64,000 nucleotides of DNA from Escherichia coli. GTDB taxonomy: Bacteria; Pseudomonadota; Gammaproteobacteria; Enterobacterales; Enterobacteriaceae. Within the stretch, counting starts at the first letter, position 1, and every line of letters starts with the position of its first letter. The notes under the pieces are model-generated. The model searched no databases. It worked only from the letters and a program-made list of their open reading frames with translations, and had not been told where the DNA came from. The stretch lies in the NCBI RefSeq assembly GCF_003018235.1, contig NZ_CP027437.1; one strand, written 5' to 3'. The position numbers and the translations under genes were made by a program. Positions 23,546 through 33,077 of the stretch are shown in pieces.

Positions 23546-24591
23546 GTCGGATAATGAACGTCGGGCTACGTCCACTACGTGTTGGTAAGTTTTCGACACT
23601 GGTACGCCCTAAAAATCTGGTGTTGCTTGGTGGGCTGTTTCTGTTTGCGGTTGGAATACTGATATTCGGTCTGATGCATGGTTCTTTTTCTGTCCCAGCA
23701 TCGGAAGTAGGACGAGCGTTGTTTGCTCCAGAAAACGTAAGCACAGACGCACGTTATATTGTGCAGGATATTCGCTTGCCGAGAGTCATCATGGCATTGC
23801 TATGCGGAGCCATGTTAGGTATGGCGGGGGCCGCGATGCAATCCATTGCGCGTAACGGCCTTGCCGATCCTGGTTTAATCGGCGTCAAAGAAGGATGTAG
23901 CGTGGCGGTGCTGTGGCTGATTTTCCAGTTTCCAATGCTGGGAATGTTCTGGCGTCCAGTGGCTGGTCTTGCTGGTGGCTTGTTGGTGGCTTTAATCGTG
24001 ATTTTTTGTGCGCGCGATATTTCCCGCCCGCGATTTGTTCTGATTGGTATTGGTGTTTCCTGGTTTTTCGCCGCCGGTATCGGTGTATTTATGACCACTG
24101 CAGATGTTCGAGATGTACAAACTGCATTGATGTGGTTATCGGGAAGCCTGCATGCAGCTAACTGGATGTTAGTCGGTATTTCAGCCTGTTGGATGTTGCC
24201 AGCCGCTCTTTTATTGCTGTTCACCGCCAGGACGGCAGATATCGCTCTGCTTGGTCATCAGGTTGCAACCGGGTTAGGGGTGAATAGTTCTCGTCTGGCG
24301 TTGTTACGTGTCGCCGCACCAATAATCCTGACCGCCGTCTGCGTTTCGTGTGTTGGTAACATCGGTTTTGTCGGATTGATAGCACCCCATATATCACGTT
24401 TTATTCTACGTGGCGGGCAGACGACATTACTGCTGGGGAGCGCCGTATCGGGGGCGTTGTTAGTCATCCTGGCGGATAGCATTGGTCGTTTGGCTTTTTT
24501 GCCTTTGCAACTGCCTGCCGGAATCATTATTTCATTGATTGGTGGACCATTCTTTTTGCTACTGCTCTGGCAGCGCAGGAACAGTTTTTAA
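23542..24591 (+). CDS. ABC transporter permease, FecCD family (second)
   Basis: 349-aa multi-TM ORF; start overlaps the previous stop. Confidence 0.85.
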   Translation: MSRIMNVGLRPLRVGKFSTLVRPKNLVLLGGLFLFAVGILIFGLMHGSFSVPASEVGRALFAPENVSTDARYIVQDIRLPRVIMALLCGAMLGMAGAAMQSIARNGLADPGLIGVKEGCSVAVLWLIFQFPMLGMFWRPVAGLAGGLLVALIVIFCARDISRPRFVLIGIGVSWFFAAGIGVFMTTADVRDVQTALMWLSGSLHAANWMLVGISACWMLPAALLLLFTARTADIALLGHQVATGLGVNSSRLALLRVAAPIILTAVCVSCVGNIGFVGLIAPHISRFILRGGQTTLLLGSAVSGALLVILADSIGRLAFLPLQLPAGIIISLIGGPFFLLLLWQRRNSF

Positions 24592-24601
24592 TGGGAGTTA
24601 T

Positions 24602-25549
24602 ATGCGTTTATTTTTTTCTCTGCTGATACTGTTGTCATTCTTTGCCCGAGCGACAGAACCTGTTCAGGTCTTTACTGATGATTTAGGGCGCAAAGTCACT
24701 GTTCCTGCTCATCCAAAGAGAATTGTCTCTTTACACGATCTTGATATCACTATTCCTCTGATTGAGCTCGGTGTACCTCCTGTCGCCAGCCACGGGCGAA
24801 CCCGGCCTGACGGTAGCCATTTCATTCGATCAGGCGCGTTATTGACAGGTGTCGACTTTGATAATTCATCGATCGCTTTTATTGGCACCGCTGATATTGA
24901 TATTGAAGCGATTGTGGCGGCAAAGCCTGACCTGATCATCACAGAACCGACCCGTAATACGCCCATTGAACAACTGGAAAAAATTGCGCCCACGGTGAGC
25001 ATTGATCATCTCAAAGGAGGCGCGCCAGAAATCTACCGCAAGCTGGCAGAACTTACAGGAACGCAGTCGCAGCTGGCGATACTTGAACGCCGCTATCAGG
25101 CACAAATCAATGCGCTGAAGGCGACGCTGGACAGCCAAAAAATAACGGTATCGGTGATTCAGGCAAATCAGGGAAAAATTAATGTGATGCATAGCTATCA
25201 TTCGCTGGGGCGGGTATTACGCGATGCTGGTTTTCGCTTTCCGCCGCTGATTGAGAGCATTCCTGAAGGTGGGCGAATGGGTGTGAGCGCAGAGCGTTTA
25301 CCTGAACTGGATGCCGATTTTGTTTTTGCAACCTGGCGCGGTGACACCGGTGGTAAACCTCAGGATGAGCTGGCAGCAATGGAAAAAGTCATGCCGGGAT
25401 GGTGTCAGTTTCTGACGGCCTGTCGTTCCGGGCGCTATGTGCTGATTTCTCGTGAAGAGGCGATTTCTAACTCCTTTGCATCTCTGGGGCTGATGGCTGC
25501 GCAGATACAATCACAAATTGCGGGACGACCTCTACCGGAGGCTAAATGA
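24602..25549 (+). CDS. Periplasmic substrate-binding protein (siderophore/cobalamin-type)
   Basis: 315 aa from MRLFFSLLILLSFFARA with signal peptide; GGAG RBS 4 nt upstream of ATG 24602. Confidence 0.8.
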   Translation: MRLFFSLLILLSFFARATEPVQVFTDDLGRKVTVPAHPKRIVSLHDLDITIPLIELGVPPVASHGRTRPDGSHFIRSGALLTGVDFDNSSIAFIGTADIDIEAIVAAKPDLIITEPTRNTPIEQLEKIAPTVSIDHLKGGAPEIYRKLAELTGTQSQLAILERRYQAQINALKATLDSQKITVSVIQANQGKINVMHSYHSLGRVLRDAGFRFPPLIESIPEGGRMGVSAERLPELDADFVFATWRGDTGGKPQDELAAMEKVMPGWCQFLTACRSGRYVLISREEAISNSFASLGLMAAQIQSQIAGRPLPEAK

Positions 25550-26433
25550 TCCAGAAAGACAAAACGCGGGTTGATATTTATGGTGAGTGTTTTCGCACTC
25601 GCGCGAGTCAGTTAACGCCTGGGTTAAGAGCTGTCGCAAGCTACATTAATGAGCATCGTGAAGTGGTACTCGAGCAAACGGCGATGGAAATTGCGGCCAC
25701 GTTGAACACTTCCGATGCCACAGTTATCAGGGCTATACAGGCTCTGGGGTTTGCCGGGCTGCGTGATCTGAAACGCACACTGGAACAGTGGCTTGGTCCA
25801 GCCCTTAGTTCCAGCGAAAAGATGTCTACGACGGTGAGTAACTTGACGTGCGATGTTAACACCGCAATCGACTTTGTTCTTGAAGGGCATTTGTATACTT
25901 GTAATGTCCTGTCAGAGCCTGAAAACCGCCACGCGCTTGAGCAAGCTGTAGCGTTGTTGGTGCAGGCACGGCAAGTCGCTATTTTTGGCATTGGCGCTTC
26001 GGGTATCCTGGCGGACTATACCGCACGACTATTCAACCGCATAGGTTTGCCTGCCACGGCACTAAACCGTACGGGTATTGGCCTTGCCGAGCAACTGATC
26101 GCGCTTCAACGTGGCGATGTTCTGATCATGATGGCGCAAAAATCTGCGCACCGGGAAGGGCTGACAACGCTTCGTGAGGCGAGGCGGCTGGGGATCCCTG
26201 TTATTTTGCTGACAAACGCGCTGGATTCACGTTTTAGCAAAGACGCCAGTATCGTGATTCATGTTCCGCGCGGGGATGAAAAGGGGAAAACGCCACTACA
26301 TGGTACGGTATTGTTGTGTCTGGAAATGATTGTCTGGTCGGTAGCTTCCGCAGTGCCGCAGCGTGCGGTTAAAACCATTAAGCGAATTAACGATTTCCAT
26401 CGAGGACTGAAAACGGGAAGAAAGAATGGCTAA
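25546..26433 (+). CDS. RpiR/MurR-family transcriptional regulator (N-terminal HTH, C-terminal SIS phosphosugar-binding domain)
   Basis: 295-aa ORF; HTH region then SIS-like VAIFGIGASG...; ATGA overlap with the binding-protein stop. Confidence 0.8.
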   Translation: MIQKDKTRVDIYGECFRTRASQLTPGLRAVASYINEHREVVLEQTAMEIAATLNTSDATVIRAIQALGFAGLRDLKRTLEQWLGPALSSSEKMSTTVSNLTCDVNTAIDFVLEGHLYTCNVLSEPENRHALEQAVALLVQARQVAIFGIGASGILADYTARLFNRIGLPATALNRTGIGLAEQLIALQRGDVLIMMAQKSAHREGLTTLREARRLGIPVILLTNALDSRFSKDASIVIHVPRGDEKGKTPLHGTVLLCLEMIVWSVASAVPQRAVKTIKRINDFHRGLKTGRKNG

Positions 26434-26441
26434 TCTGGGCT

Positions 26442-26470
26442 GAGACCGGTAGCAGCACCGGCCTCTTTTC
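26442..26470 (+). terminator. Terminator after the island operon
   Basis: Stem GAGACCGGT / ACCGGCCTC (one mismatch) followed by TTTT. Confidence 0.45.
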
Positions 26471-26477
26471 AGGAATG

Positions 26478-26792
26478 TTAAATCCCCGGTTGCAGAATAC
26501 GGATATTCATCTCCAGCACGTCGCCTTTTACGGCTTCGCTGTACGCCTTCATGTGCGGGGTTTGCAGATGCGCTTCAAGATGCGCGATGCTTTCCCACTG
26601 CTCAATCATCACGATAGAATCCGGTGCCATAGACTGGAAACTCACGCCAGCAGCGCAATCCACCATTGGCGCATAGCCGTGGCAACCTTCTTCTTTCAGT
26701 ACGGTTGGAACGATTTTAGCAAACTGATCCAATACTGCCTGACGGTGATGTTGACCAGGACGAGTACGGATTTCTGCGATTACGGTAAGCAT
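26478..26792 (-). CDS. ygiN: YgiN, quinol monooxygenase
   Basis: 104-aa ORF matching YgiN. Confidence 0.9.
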   Translation of the reverse strand: MLTVIAEIRTRPGQHHRQAVLDQFAKIVPTVLKEEGCHGYAPMVDCAAGVSFQSMAPDSIVMIEQWESIAHLEAHLQTPHMKAYSEAVKGDVLEMNIRILQPGI

Positions 26793-26822
26793 GGTTAACT
26801 CCTTCTAAAGCCTGAGCTCTAG

Positions 26823-27404
26823 TTAACCAAAAATTTCCACAAGATGCTTGCGATATTCTTCAGTATAGCGGGGAACATCAGGCATTTTTATCACGTCATT
26901 AGCGATAAATGTCGGCAGCGGTTCCATGCCAAGGAATTGGTTTGCTTTATGGAACGGCAGATACACACCGTCAACGCCAACGCCGTGGAAGAACTGATCT
27001 TTTTCGGTGAAGGCTTCCATTGGTGCGTTCCAGGTCAGAGCAAGCATATATTTTTTGCCCTGTACCAGGCCGCCGGAACCGTATTTTTTCGACGGATCTT
27101 TGCGGGTACGACCATCGCTGGCATACAGAGTCCCGTGACCTTCGGTGAATACATCATCAATGTATTTTTTCACTGTCCACGGCGCGCCCATCCACCAGCC
27201 TGGCATCTGCCAGATCACCACATCAGCCCAGAGAAAGTTTTGTACTTCCGCTTTGACATCGTAGTTGCTGTCGGCGCGAACGATGCGAACATCATGCCCG
27301 AGGTCGCGCAGTGTGCCATCCGCGACTTCGGTCAGGGTGTCGTTCAGTTGACCATTGGAGTGGGCGAATTTTTTCGCGCCGTTGATAATCAGGATGTTGC
27401 TCAT
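26823..27404 (-). CDS. mdaB: MdaB, NADPH:quinone oxidoreductase
   Basis: 193-aa ORF matching MdaB. Confidence 0.9.
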   Translation of the reverse strand: MSNILIINGAKKFAHSNGQLNDTLTEVADGTLRDLGHDVRIVRADSNYDVKAEVQNFLWADVVIWQMPGWWMGAPWTVKKYIDDVFTEGHGTLYASDGRTRKDPSKKYGSGGLVQGKKYMLALTWNAPMEAFTEKDQFFHGVGVDGVYLPFHKANQFLGMEPLPTFIANDVIKMPDVPRYTEEYRKHLVEIFG

Positions 27405-27463
27405 TTTTTAACCTCAAGGTGAGACGTTTGTCGACTATAGTACGTCACAGAGCGGTACGGTGA

Positions 27464-27496
27464 AATTAGCAAAATGTGCAAAGTCTTTTGCTAATT
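27464..27496. promoter_or_regulatory. Perfect 11-bp inverted repeat upstream of mdaB, candidate operator
   Basis: AATTAGCAAAA-(11 bp)-TTTTGCTAATT, then direct repeat TAGCAAAAGTC; 60-90 bp upstream of the mdaB start. Confidence 0.3.
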
Positions 27497-27761
27497 TAGC
27501 AAAAGTCTGATCTTGCTCTGACTCACCGATGCAGGATAAATATTTTCTGAAAATGACAATACTGATAGCAATTTCTCATCATTCCAACTAGCACAGGGTT
27601 AATTTACAACGTTGGTGTGGACTTTCTGCGAGTTGATAATTGTGGTGTTGAATAACTAAAAATGAAAATATCAGCGTGTTACGCAGATTATTTTAAATAG
27701 ATTTACTGGAGGGTATCGAAAACCAGATCTCCGACTGGACTTTTTTAGAGAGTGCTAACAT

Positions 27762-28091
27762 ATGTTAAAGCATAAAATTCAAACAATATTTGAAGCTCTG
27801 TTATATATAATGCTTACTTATTGGTTAATAGATGCTTTTTTTGCTTTCAATAAGTATGACTGGATGCTTGAGTCGGGAGACAATATTTACAGTATACCTT
27901 CCGTTTCAGGCGAAGATCGTATATTGCAAGCAATGATTGCAGCATTTTTTCTTTTGACGCCACTTATTATTCTTATCTTAAGAAAACTCTTTATGCGGGA
28001 AATGTTCGAGTTTTGGCTATATGTATTCACGCTCGTTATTTGTTTGGTTTGTGGTTGGTGGCTTTTTTGGGGTCGGTTTATATTTTGCTAA
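27762..28091 (+). CDS. ygiZ: YgiZ, inner membrane protein
   Basis: 109-aa ORF with three predicted TM helices in the position of K-12 ygiZ. Confidence 0.7.
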   Translation: MLKHKIQTIFEALLYIMLTYWLIDAFFAFNKYDWMLESGDNIYSIPSVSGEDRILQAMIAAFFLLTPLIILILRKLFMREMFEFWLYVFTLVICLVCGWWLFWGRFIFC

Positions 28092-28139
28092 TAGTAAAAT
28101 CTATGAGAGTCGTTTTAACGGCTCTCATAGACAGAGAAG

Positions 28140-29489
28140 TTACCAGCTTACCTTCGCCTCAAATCCACCTTGTTCCGCATTCCCAAACTCAACATTCATG
28201 CCATGCAATTTGGCGATCCGCTGGACAATCGATAGCCCAAGTCCACTGCCGGTAGCGGTTTGTCCGGGTGGGCGATAGAAGCGTTCGCCAATTCTCGCCA
28301 GTGCCTCTGGCGTCACACCGGGGCCGTTATCCCTCACGATGAAATTTTCGGCATTCAGCGTGACGTCCACCACGCTGCCCTGTGGACTGTAGCGCACGGC
28401 GTTATCCAGAAGGTTTCGTACCAACAAACTTAGCAACAGCGGTTGTCCGGTGCGTTTGATGCCGTGGGCATTGAGTGTCAGTCGCACGTCAATTTTCGCC
28501 TGCTGCGCCGTGTGGTAAATATCCATCACCGATGATTGCAGGAGATCTTCAAGCGGGATCTCCGCGACGTCCTGAAGGTTATCCAGTGAGTCCAGCCGCG
28601 ATAGCGTGAGCAGTTGATCAACCAGACGAGTAGCACGATCGATTCCGGAATGTAATTGAAGCAGCGCTTTTTTCCGCGCCTGCGGATCATCGTCAGAGAG
28701 CTGCGCAACTTCGGTTTGCACTTTCAGCGCCGTTAACGGGCTACGAAGTTCGTGAGCTGCGTCGGAGGTAAAGCGTCGTTCTCGAACCATCATCGCATGT
28801 GTGCGGGCGAACAGTTGATTCAACGACTCAACCAGTGGACGCACTTCGCTGGGTACGCCCGTCGCGTTTAGTGGTTTTTCCGAGTCAGGGTCACGCATAC
28901 GTAGTGCCAGCGCCAGTTTGTTCAGCGGCGCGAGTTCACGACCCAGTAGTACCATCATGATGATTAACATAATCGGCAGTGCGACAAGCCACGGGATCAA
29001 TTGCCCTGCAACAATCGCCAGCGCCATGTCTTCGCGGTATTCCCATTCCTGACCAACAACGATGCGATATTTGCCATCAGGTGAGGTCATCCAGACAAAA
29101 CGCCAGGGATCGTCTTCACCGACCAGTTGCCCGTCAGCAAAACCTTCCCGTTGATAGCTATAGGGAATATCTTCTCCGTTATCGCCATCGTTAAGGACCA
29201 TTCTGCCGTCGTGGGTAAAGATGGCAAAGGTTAGCGCATCGTCATCAACATGACCGTGTTTTAATTTATTTGGCGTCTGTGCCATGCGATCTGCCGCGTT
29301 GATTTCGTTGAGATCGAGCGTACTTAACCGCTTGGCAAACAGCATCAGTTGGGTGTCGAACAACTCATCGACGTTATCCGTTGTTTGTTTCCAGGCGACA
29401 AAGCTGGAAAGCAGCCAGGTCACTGAGGCCAGAATTAAAAAGATTAGCGTCAGCCTGACTCGCAGACTAAGACGTTGGGTAAATTTCAT
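28140..29489 (-). CDS. qseC: QseC, sensor histidine kinase
   Basis: 449-aa ORF with two TM helices, HAMP, H-box and ATPase motifs. Confidence 0.9.
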   Translation of the reverse strand: MKFTQRLSLRVRLTLIFLILASVTWLLSSFVAWKQTTDNVDELFDTQLMLFAKRLSTLDLNEINAADRMAQTPNKLKHGHVDDDALTFAIFTHDGRMVLNDGDNGEDIPYSYQREGFADGQLVGEDDPWRFVWMTSPDGKYRIVVGQEWEYREDMALAIVAGQLIPWLVALPIMLIIMMVLLGRELAPLNKLALALRMRDPDSEKPLNATGVPSEVRPLVESLNQLFARTHAMMVRERRFTSDAAHELRSPLTALKVQTEVAQLSDDDPQARKKALLQLHSGIDRATRLVDQLLTLSRLDSLDNLQDVAEIPLEDLLQSSVMDIYHTAQQAKIDVRLTLNAHGIKRTGQPLLLSLLVRNLLDNAVRYSPQGSVVDVTLNAENFIVRDNGPGVTPEALARIGERFYRPPGQTATGSGLGLSIVQRIAKLHGMNVEFGNAEQGGFEAKVSW

Positions 29490-30145
29490 TTCTCACCTAA
29501 TGTGTAGCCAATACCATGAACGGTACGAATAAAATCACTGCCGAGTTTGCGTCGCAGATGATGCACATGCACTTCAACGGCATTACTGGTGACCTCTTCG
29601 TCCCAGGTATACAGTTTCTCTTCAATCAGTTTGCGCGGCAGTACCCGACCAGCGTTACGCATCAGTAATTCCAGCAGGGCAAATTCTTTTGGTTTCAGAG
29701 TTAAGGGTTCGCCAGCCAGCGTGGCGATACGTTTGCCGGGGTCGAGCATGACGTTACCGTGGCGCAGTTCGTTGCTGGCCTGGCCGTTGGTTCGGCGCAT
29801 CAGAGCTTCCAGCCTGGCGGCGACTTCTATCAACGCAAAAGGTTTACACAGATAATCGTCAGCTCCCAGACGCAGCCCCTCTACACGTTCCGCTAACGCA
29901 TCGCGCGCGGTCAGGATCAGTACCGGCTCACGCTGACCTTTTTCTCGCCATTCGCGCAAAATATCGCGACCATCCATGCCTGGTAAGGTTAAATCCAGGA
30001 TCACCGCATCATAAGGCGCACTATATAGCGCCTCTTTTCCCTGACGACCTTGTGTAAACCAGTCGACGCTAAAACCCATTTTACTAAGGCCCGTTTTGAT
30101 GCCGTCGCCAATCAGCATGTCATCTTCTATCAGTAAAATTCGCAT
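29486..30145 (-). CDS. qseB: QseB, OmpR-family response regulator
   Basis: 219-aa receiver plus winged-helix ORF; 4-nt overlap with qseC. Confidence 0.9.
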   Translation of the reverse strand: MRILLIEDDMLIGDGIKTGLSKMGFSVDWFTQGRQGKEALYSAPYDAVILDLTLPGMDGRDILREWREKGQREPVLILTARDALAERVEGLRLGADDYLCKPFALIEVAARLEALMRRTNGQASNELRHGNVMLDPGKRIATLAGEPLTLKPKEFALLELLMRNAGRVLPRKLIEEKLYTWDEEVTSNAVEVHVHHLRRKLGSDFIRTVHGIGYTLGEK

Positions 30146-30296
30146 TTTTTCATCCCTGCGATAACCGTATTTGCTGCCAGTAAACCGTGTTGTAACGCGC
30201 TCTGTACAGCATTAAATTTTATTTTTTTCCCTTAAGAAGTTGTTAAGGACTATCTTGTTAAATGCTCGGAAACAGACATTAAAGGGAGTAATAAAC

Positions 30297-30689
30297 ATGA
30301 AAAAATTCGCAGCAGTAATCGCAGTAATGGCCCTGTGCAGCGCACCGGTGATGGCAGCAGAGCAGGGCGGTTTTTCTGGCCCATCGGCAACGCAAAGTCA
30401 GGCCGGAGGATTCCAGGGGCCGAACGGCAGCGTAACGACCGTAGAAAGCGCAAAATCCCTGCGTGACGACACCTGGGTAACCCTGCGCGGCAATATCGTT
30501 GAACGCATCTCTGACGATCTCTACGTGTTCAAAGATGCCAGCGGTACTATCAATGTTGATATCGACCACAAACGCTGGAACGGCGTGACGGTGACGCCGA
30601 AAGATACGGTTGAGATTCAGGGTGAAGTCGATAAAGACTGGAATTCTGTTGAAATTGACGTCAAACAGATCCGCAAAGTAAATCCGTAA
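30297..30689 (+). CDS. ygiW: YgiW (VisP), BOF-family periplasmic stress protein
   Basis: 130 aa from MKKFAAVIAVMALCSAPVMA; start at internal Met of the longer ORF. Confidence 0.85.
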   Translation: MKKFAAVIAVMALCSAPVMAAEQGGFSGPSATQSQAGGFQGPNGSVTTVESAKSLRDDTWVTLRGNIVERISDDLYVFKDASGTINVDIDHKRWNGVTVTPKDTVEIQGEVDKDWNSVEIDVKQIRKVNP

Positions 30690-30741
30690 TTGTTACCGCT
30701 CCCGGGACGCATTCCCGGGAATAATTTCGCAGGGAGGCAAA

Positions 30742-31224
30742 ATGACAAACCTGACACTGGATGTAAATATTATCGATTTCCCATCAATCCCTGTGGCGAT
30801 GTTGCCGCACCGCTGTAGCCCTGAGTTGCTCAACTACAGCGTGGCGAAATTTATCATGTGGCGTAAAGAGACGGGGCTTTCTCCTGTTAACCAAAGCCAG
30901 ACTTTTGGCGTCGCCTGGGACGACCCTGCCACCACCGCACCGGAAGCGTTTCGCTTTGATATCTGCGGCAGCGTTAGCGAACCGATCCCCGATAATCGTT
31001 ATGGTGTGAGTAATGGTGAACTTACCGGTGGACGTTATGCTGTGGCCCGCCATGTTGGCGAGCTGGACGATATTTCACACACGATATGGGGCATCATTCG
31101 CCACTGGCTACCTGCAAGCGGCGAGAAAATGCGTAAAGCACCGATTCTGTTTCACTACACCAATCTTGCCGAAGGGATGACAGAGCAGCTACTGGAAACG
31201 GATGTTTATGTACCGTTAGCGTGA
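30742..31224 (+). CDS. ygiV: YgiV, GyrI-like domain protein
   Basis: 160-aa ORF in the position of K-12 ygiV. Confidence 0.8.
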   Translation: MTNLTLDVNIIDFPSIPVAMLPHRCSPELLNYSVAKFIMWRKETGLSPVNQSQTFGVAWDDPATTAPEAFRFDICGSVSEPIPDNRYGVSNGELTGGRYAVARHVGELDDISHTIWGIIRHWLPASGEKMRKAPILFHYTNLAEGMTEQLLETDVYVPLA

Positions 31225-31332
31225 TGGAGAATCTTTACCGGAGTGTGAGCCACATCACTCGCGATAAGTTTGAGCGAACAATGCCACAGGCGTATTGTTG
31301 TCGGGCTTATAATTTCTCCGGTAAGGAATACC

Positions 31333-32940
31333 ATGTATACGCGAAATTTATTATGGCTGGTCAGCCTGGTAAGTGCGGCTCCTCTCTACGCTGCTGACGT
31401 TCCCGCCAACACACCGCTCGCCCCGCAACAAGTCTTTCGTTACAACAATCATAGCGACCCAGGTACGCTCGACCCGCAAAAGGTAGAGGAGAATACTGCC
31501 GCGCAGATTGTGCTGGATCTGTTTGAAGGTCTGGTATGGATGGACGGTGAAGGCCAGGTGCAGCCCGCTCAGGCTGAACGCTGGGAGATACTGGACGGCG
31601 GCAAGCGCTATATTTTCCATCTGCGTAGCGGTTTGCAGTGGTCAGACGGTCAGCCTCTGACGGCAGAGGATTTTGTCCTCGGCTGGCAGCGCGCGGTTGA
31701 CCCGAAAACGGCAAGCCCTTTTGCTGGCTATCTGGCACAGGCGCACATTAACAATGCCGCGGCTATTGTTGCGGGTAAAGCAGATGTTACATCGCTGGGT
31801 GTCAAAGCGATGGATGATCGTACTCTTGAAGTTACGCTTGAGCAGCCGGTTCCTTGGTTCACGACGATGCTCGCCTGGCCGACGCTGTTCCCGGTTCCCC
31901 ATCATGTCATCGCGAAATATGGCGATAGCTGGAGTAAGCCTGCGCATATGGTTTACAACGGTGCCTTTGTGCTTGAACAGTGGGTAGTTAACGAAAAGAT
32001 TACTGCACGCAAAAATCCAAAGTACCGCGATGCGCAACATACAGTATTGCAACAGGTTGAGTATCTGGCGCTGGATAATTCGGTCACCGGCTATAACCGC
32101 TATCGCGCGGGAGAGGTCGATCTCACCTGGGTTCCGGCGCAGCAAATTCCCACCATTGAAAAATCACTGCCTGGCGAGCTACGAATTATCCCGCGTCTGA
32201 ACAGCGAATATTACAACTTTAACCTTGAGAAACCGCCATTTAACGATGTGCGGGTGCGTCGGGCGCTATATCTTACGGTTGATCGACAGCTTATTGCGCA
32301 AAAGGTACTGGGGTTGAGAACGCCCGCAACCACGCTGACGCCGCCAGAGGTAAAAGGCTTTAGCGCGACGACGTTCGATGAACTGCAAAAGCCAATGAGT
32401 GAGCGTGTCGCGATGGCAAAAGCCTTGCTGAAACAGGCGGGATACGACGCCTCTCATCCGCTACGCTTTGAGCTGTTCTACAACAAGTACGATCTGCATG
32501 AAAAAACCGCGATAGCGTTGTCTTCCGAATGGAAAAAATGGCTGGGTGCACAGGTGACGCTGCGCACAATGGAGTGGAAAACTTATCTTGATGCCCGACG
32601 AGCCGGTGATTTCATGCTGTCGCGGCAGTCGTGGGATGCGACGTATAATGATGCTTCCAGCTTCCTGAACACGCTCAAAAGCGATAGTGAAGAAAACGTC
32701 GGTCACTGGAAAAATGCGCAGTATGACGCCTTACTAAACCAGGCCACGCAGATCACTGATGCGACAAAGCGTAATGCGTTGTATCAGCAGGCAGAAGTGA
32801 TCATCAACCAACAGGCACCGCTGATTCCTATCTACTATCAGCCGTTAATCAAACTGCTTAAACCCTACGTTGGCGGTTTTCCGCTGCATAATCCCCAGGA
32901 TTATGTCTACAGCAAAGAGTTGTATATCAAGGCACATTGA
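31333..32940 (+). CDS. ygiS: YgiS, periplasmic solute-binding protein (OppA/DppA family)
   Basis: 535 aa from MYTRNLLWLVSLVSAAPLYA with signal peptide; start at internal Met of the longer ORF. Confidence 0.85.
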   Translation: MYTRNLLWLVSLVSAAPLYAADVPANTPLAPQQVFRYNNHSDPGTLDPQKVEENTAAQIVLDLFEGLVWMDGEGQVQPAQAERWEILDGGKRYIFHLRSGLQWSDGQPLTAEDFVLGWQRAVDPKTASPFAGYLAQAHINNAAAIVAGKADVTSLGVKAMDDRTLEVTLEQPVPWFTTMLAWPTLFPVPHHVIAKYGDSWSKPAHMVYNGAFVLEQWVVNEKITARKNPKYRDAQHTVLQQVEYLALDNSVTGYNRYRAGEVDLTWVPAQQIPTIEKSLPGELRIIPRLNSEYYNFNLEKPPFNDVRVRRALYLTVDRQLIAQKVLGLRTPATTLTPPEVKGFSATTFDELQKPMSERVAMAKALLKQAGYDASHPLRFELFYNKYDLHEKTAIALSSEWKKWLGAQVTLRTMEWKTYLDARRAGDFMLSRQSWDATYNDASSFLNTLKSDSEENVGHWKNAQYDALLNQATQITDATKRNALYQQAEVIINQQAPLIPIYYQPLIKLLKPYVGGFPLHNPQDYVYSKELYIKAH

Positions 32941-33077
32941 TGCCTTTATCGCCGTCGGAGCACGTCCGGCGGCGCTATTCACGCTGATCTCCTGTGACTC
33001 GACGCGGCAGATAATGTAGTATCTCCGGCAATATTGCCCCTTTGAAGGCTGGCGAATAAGTTGAGGAATCAGAATTA

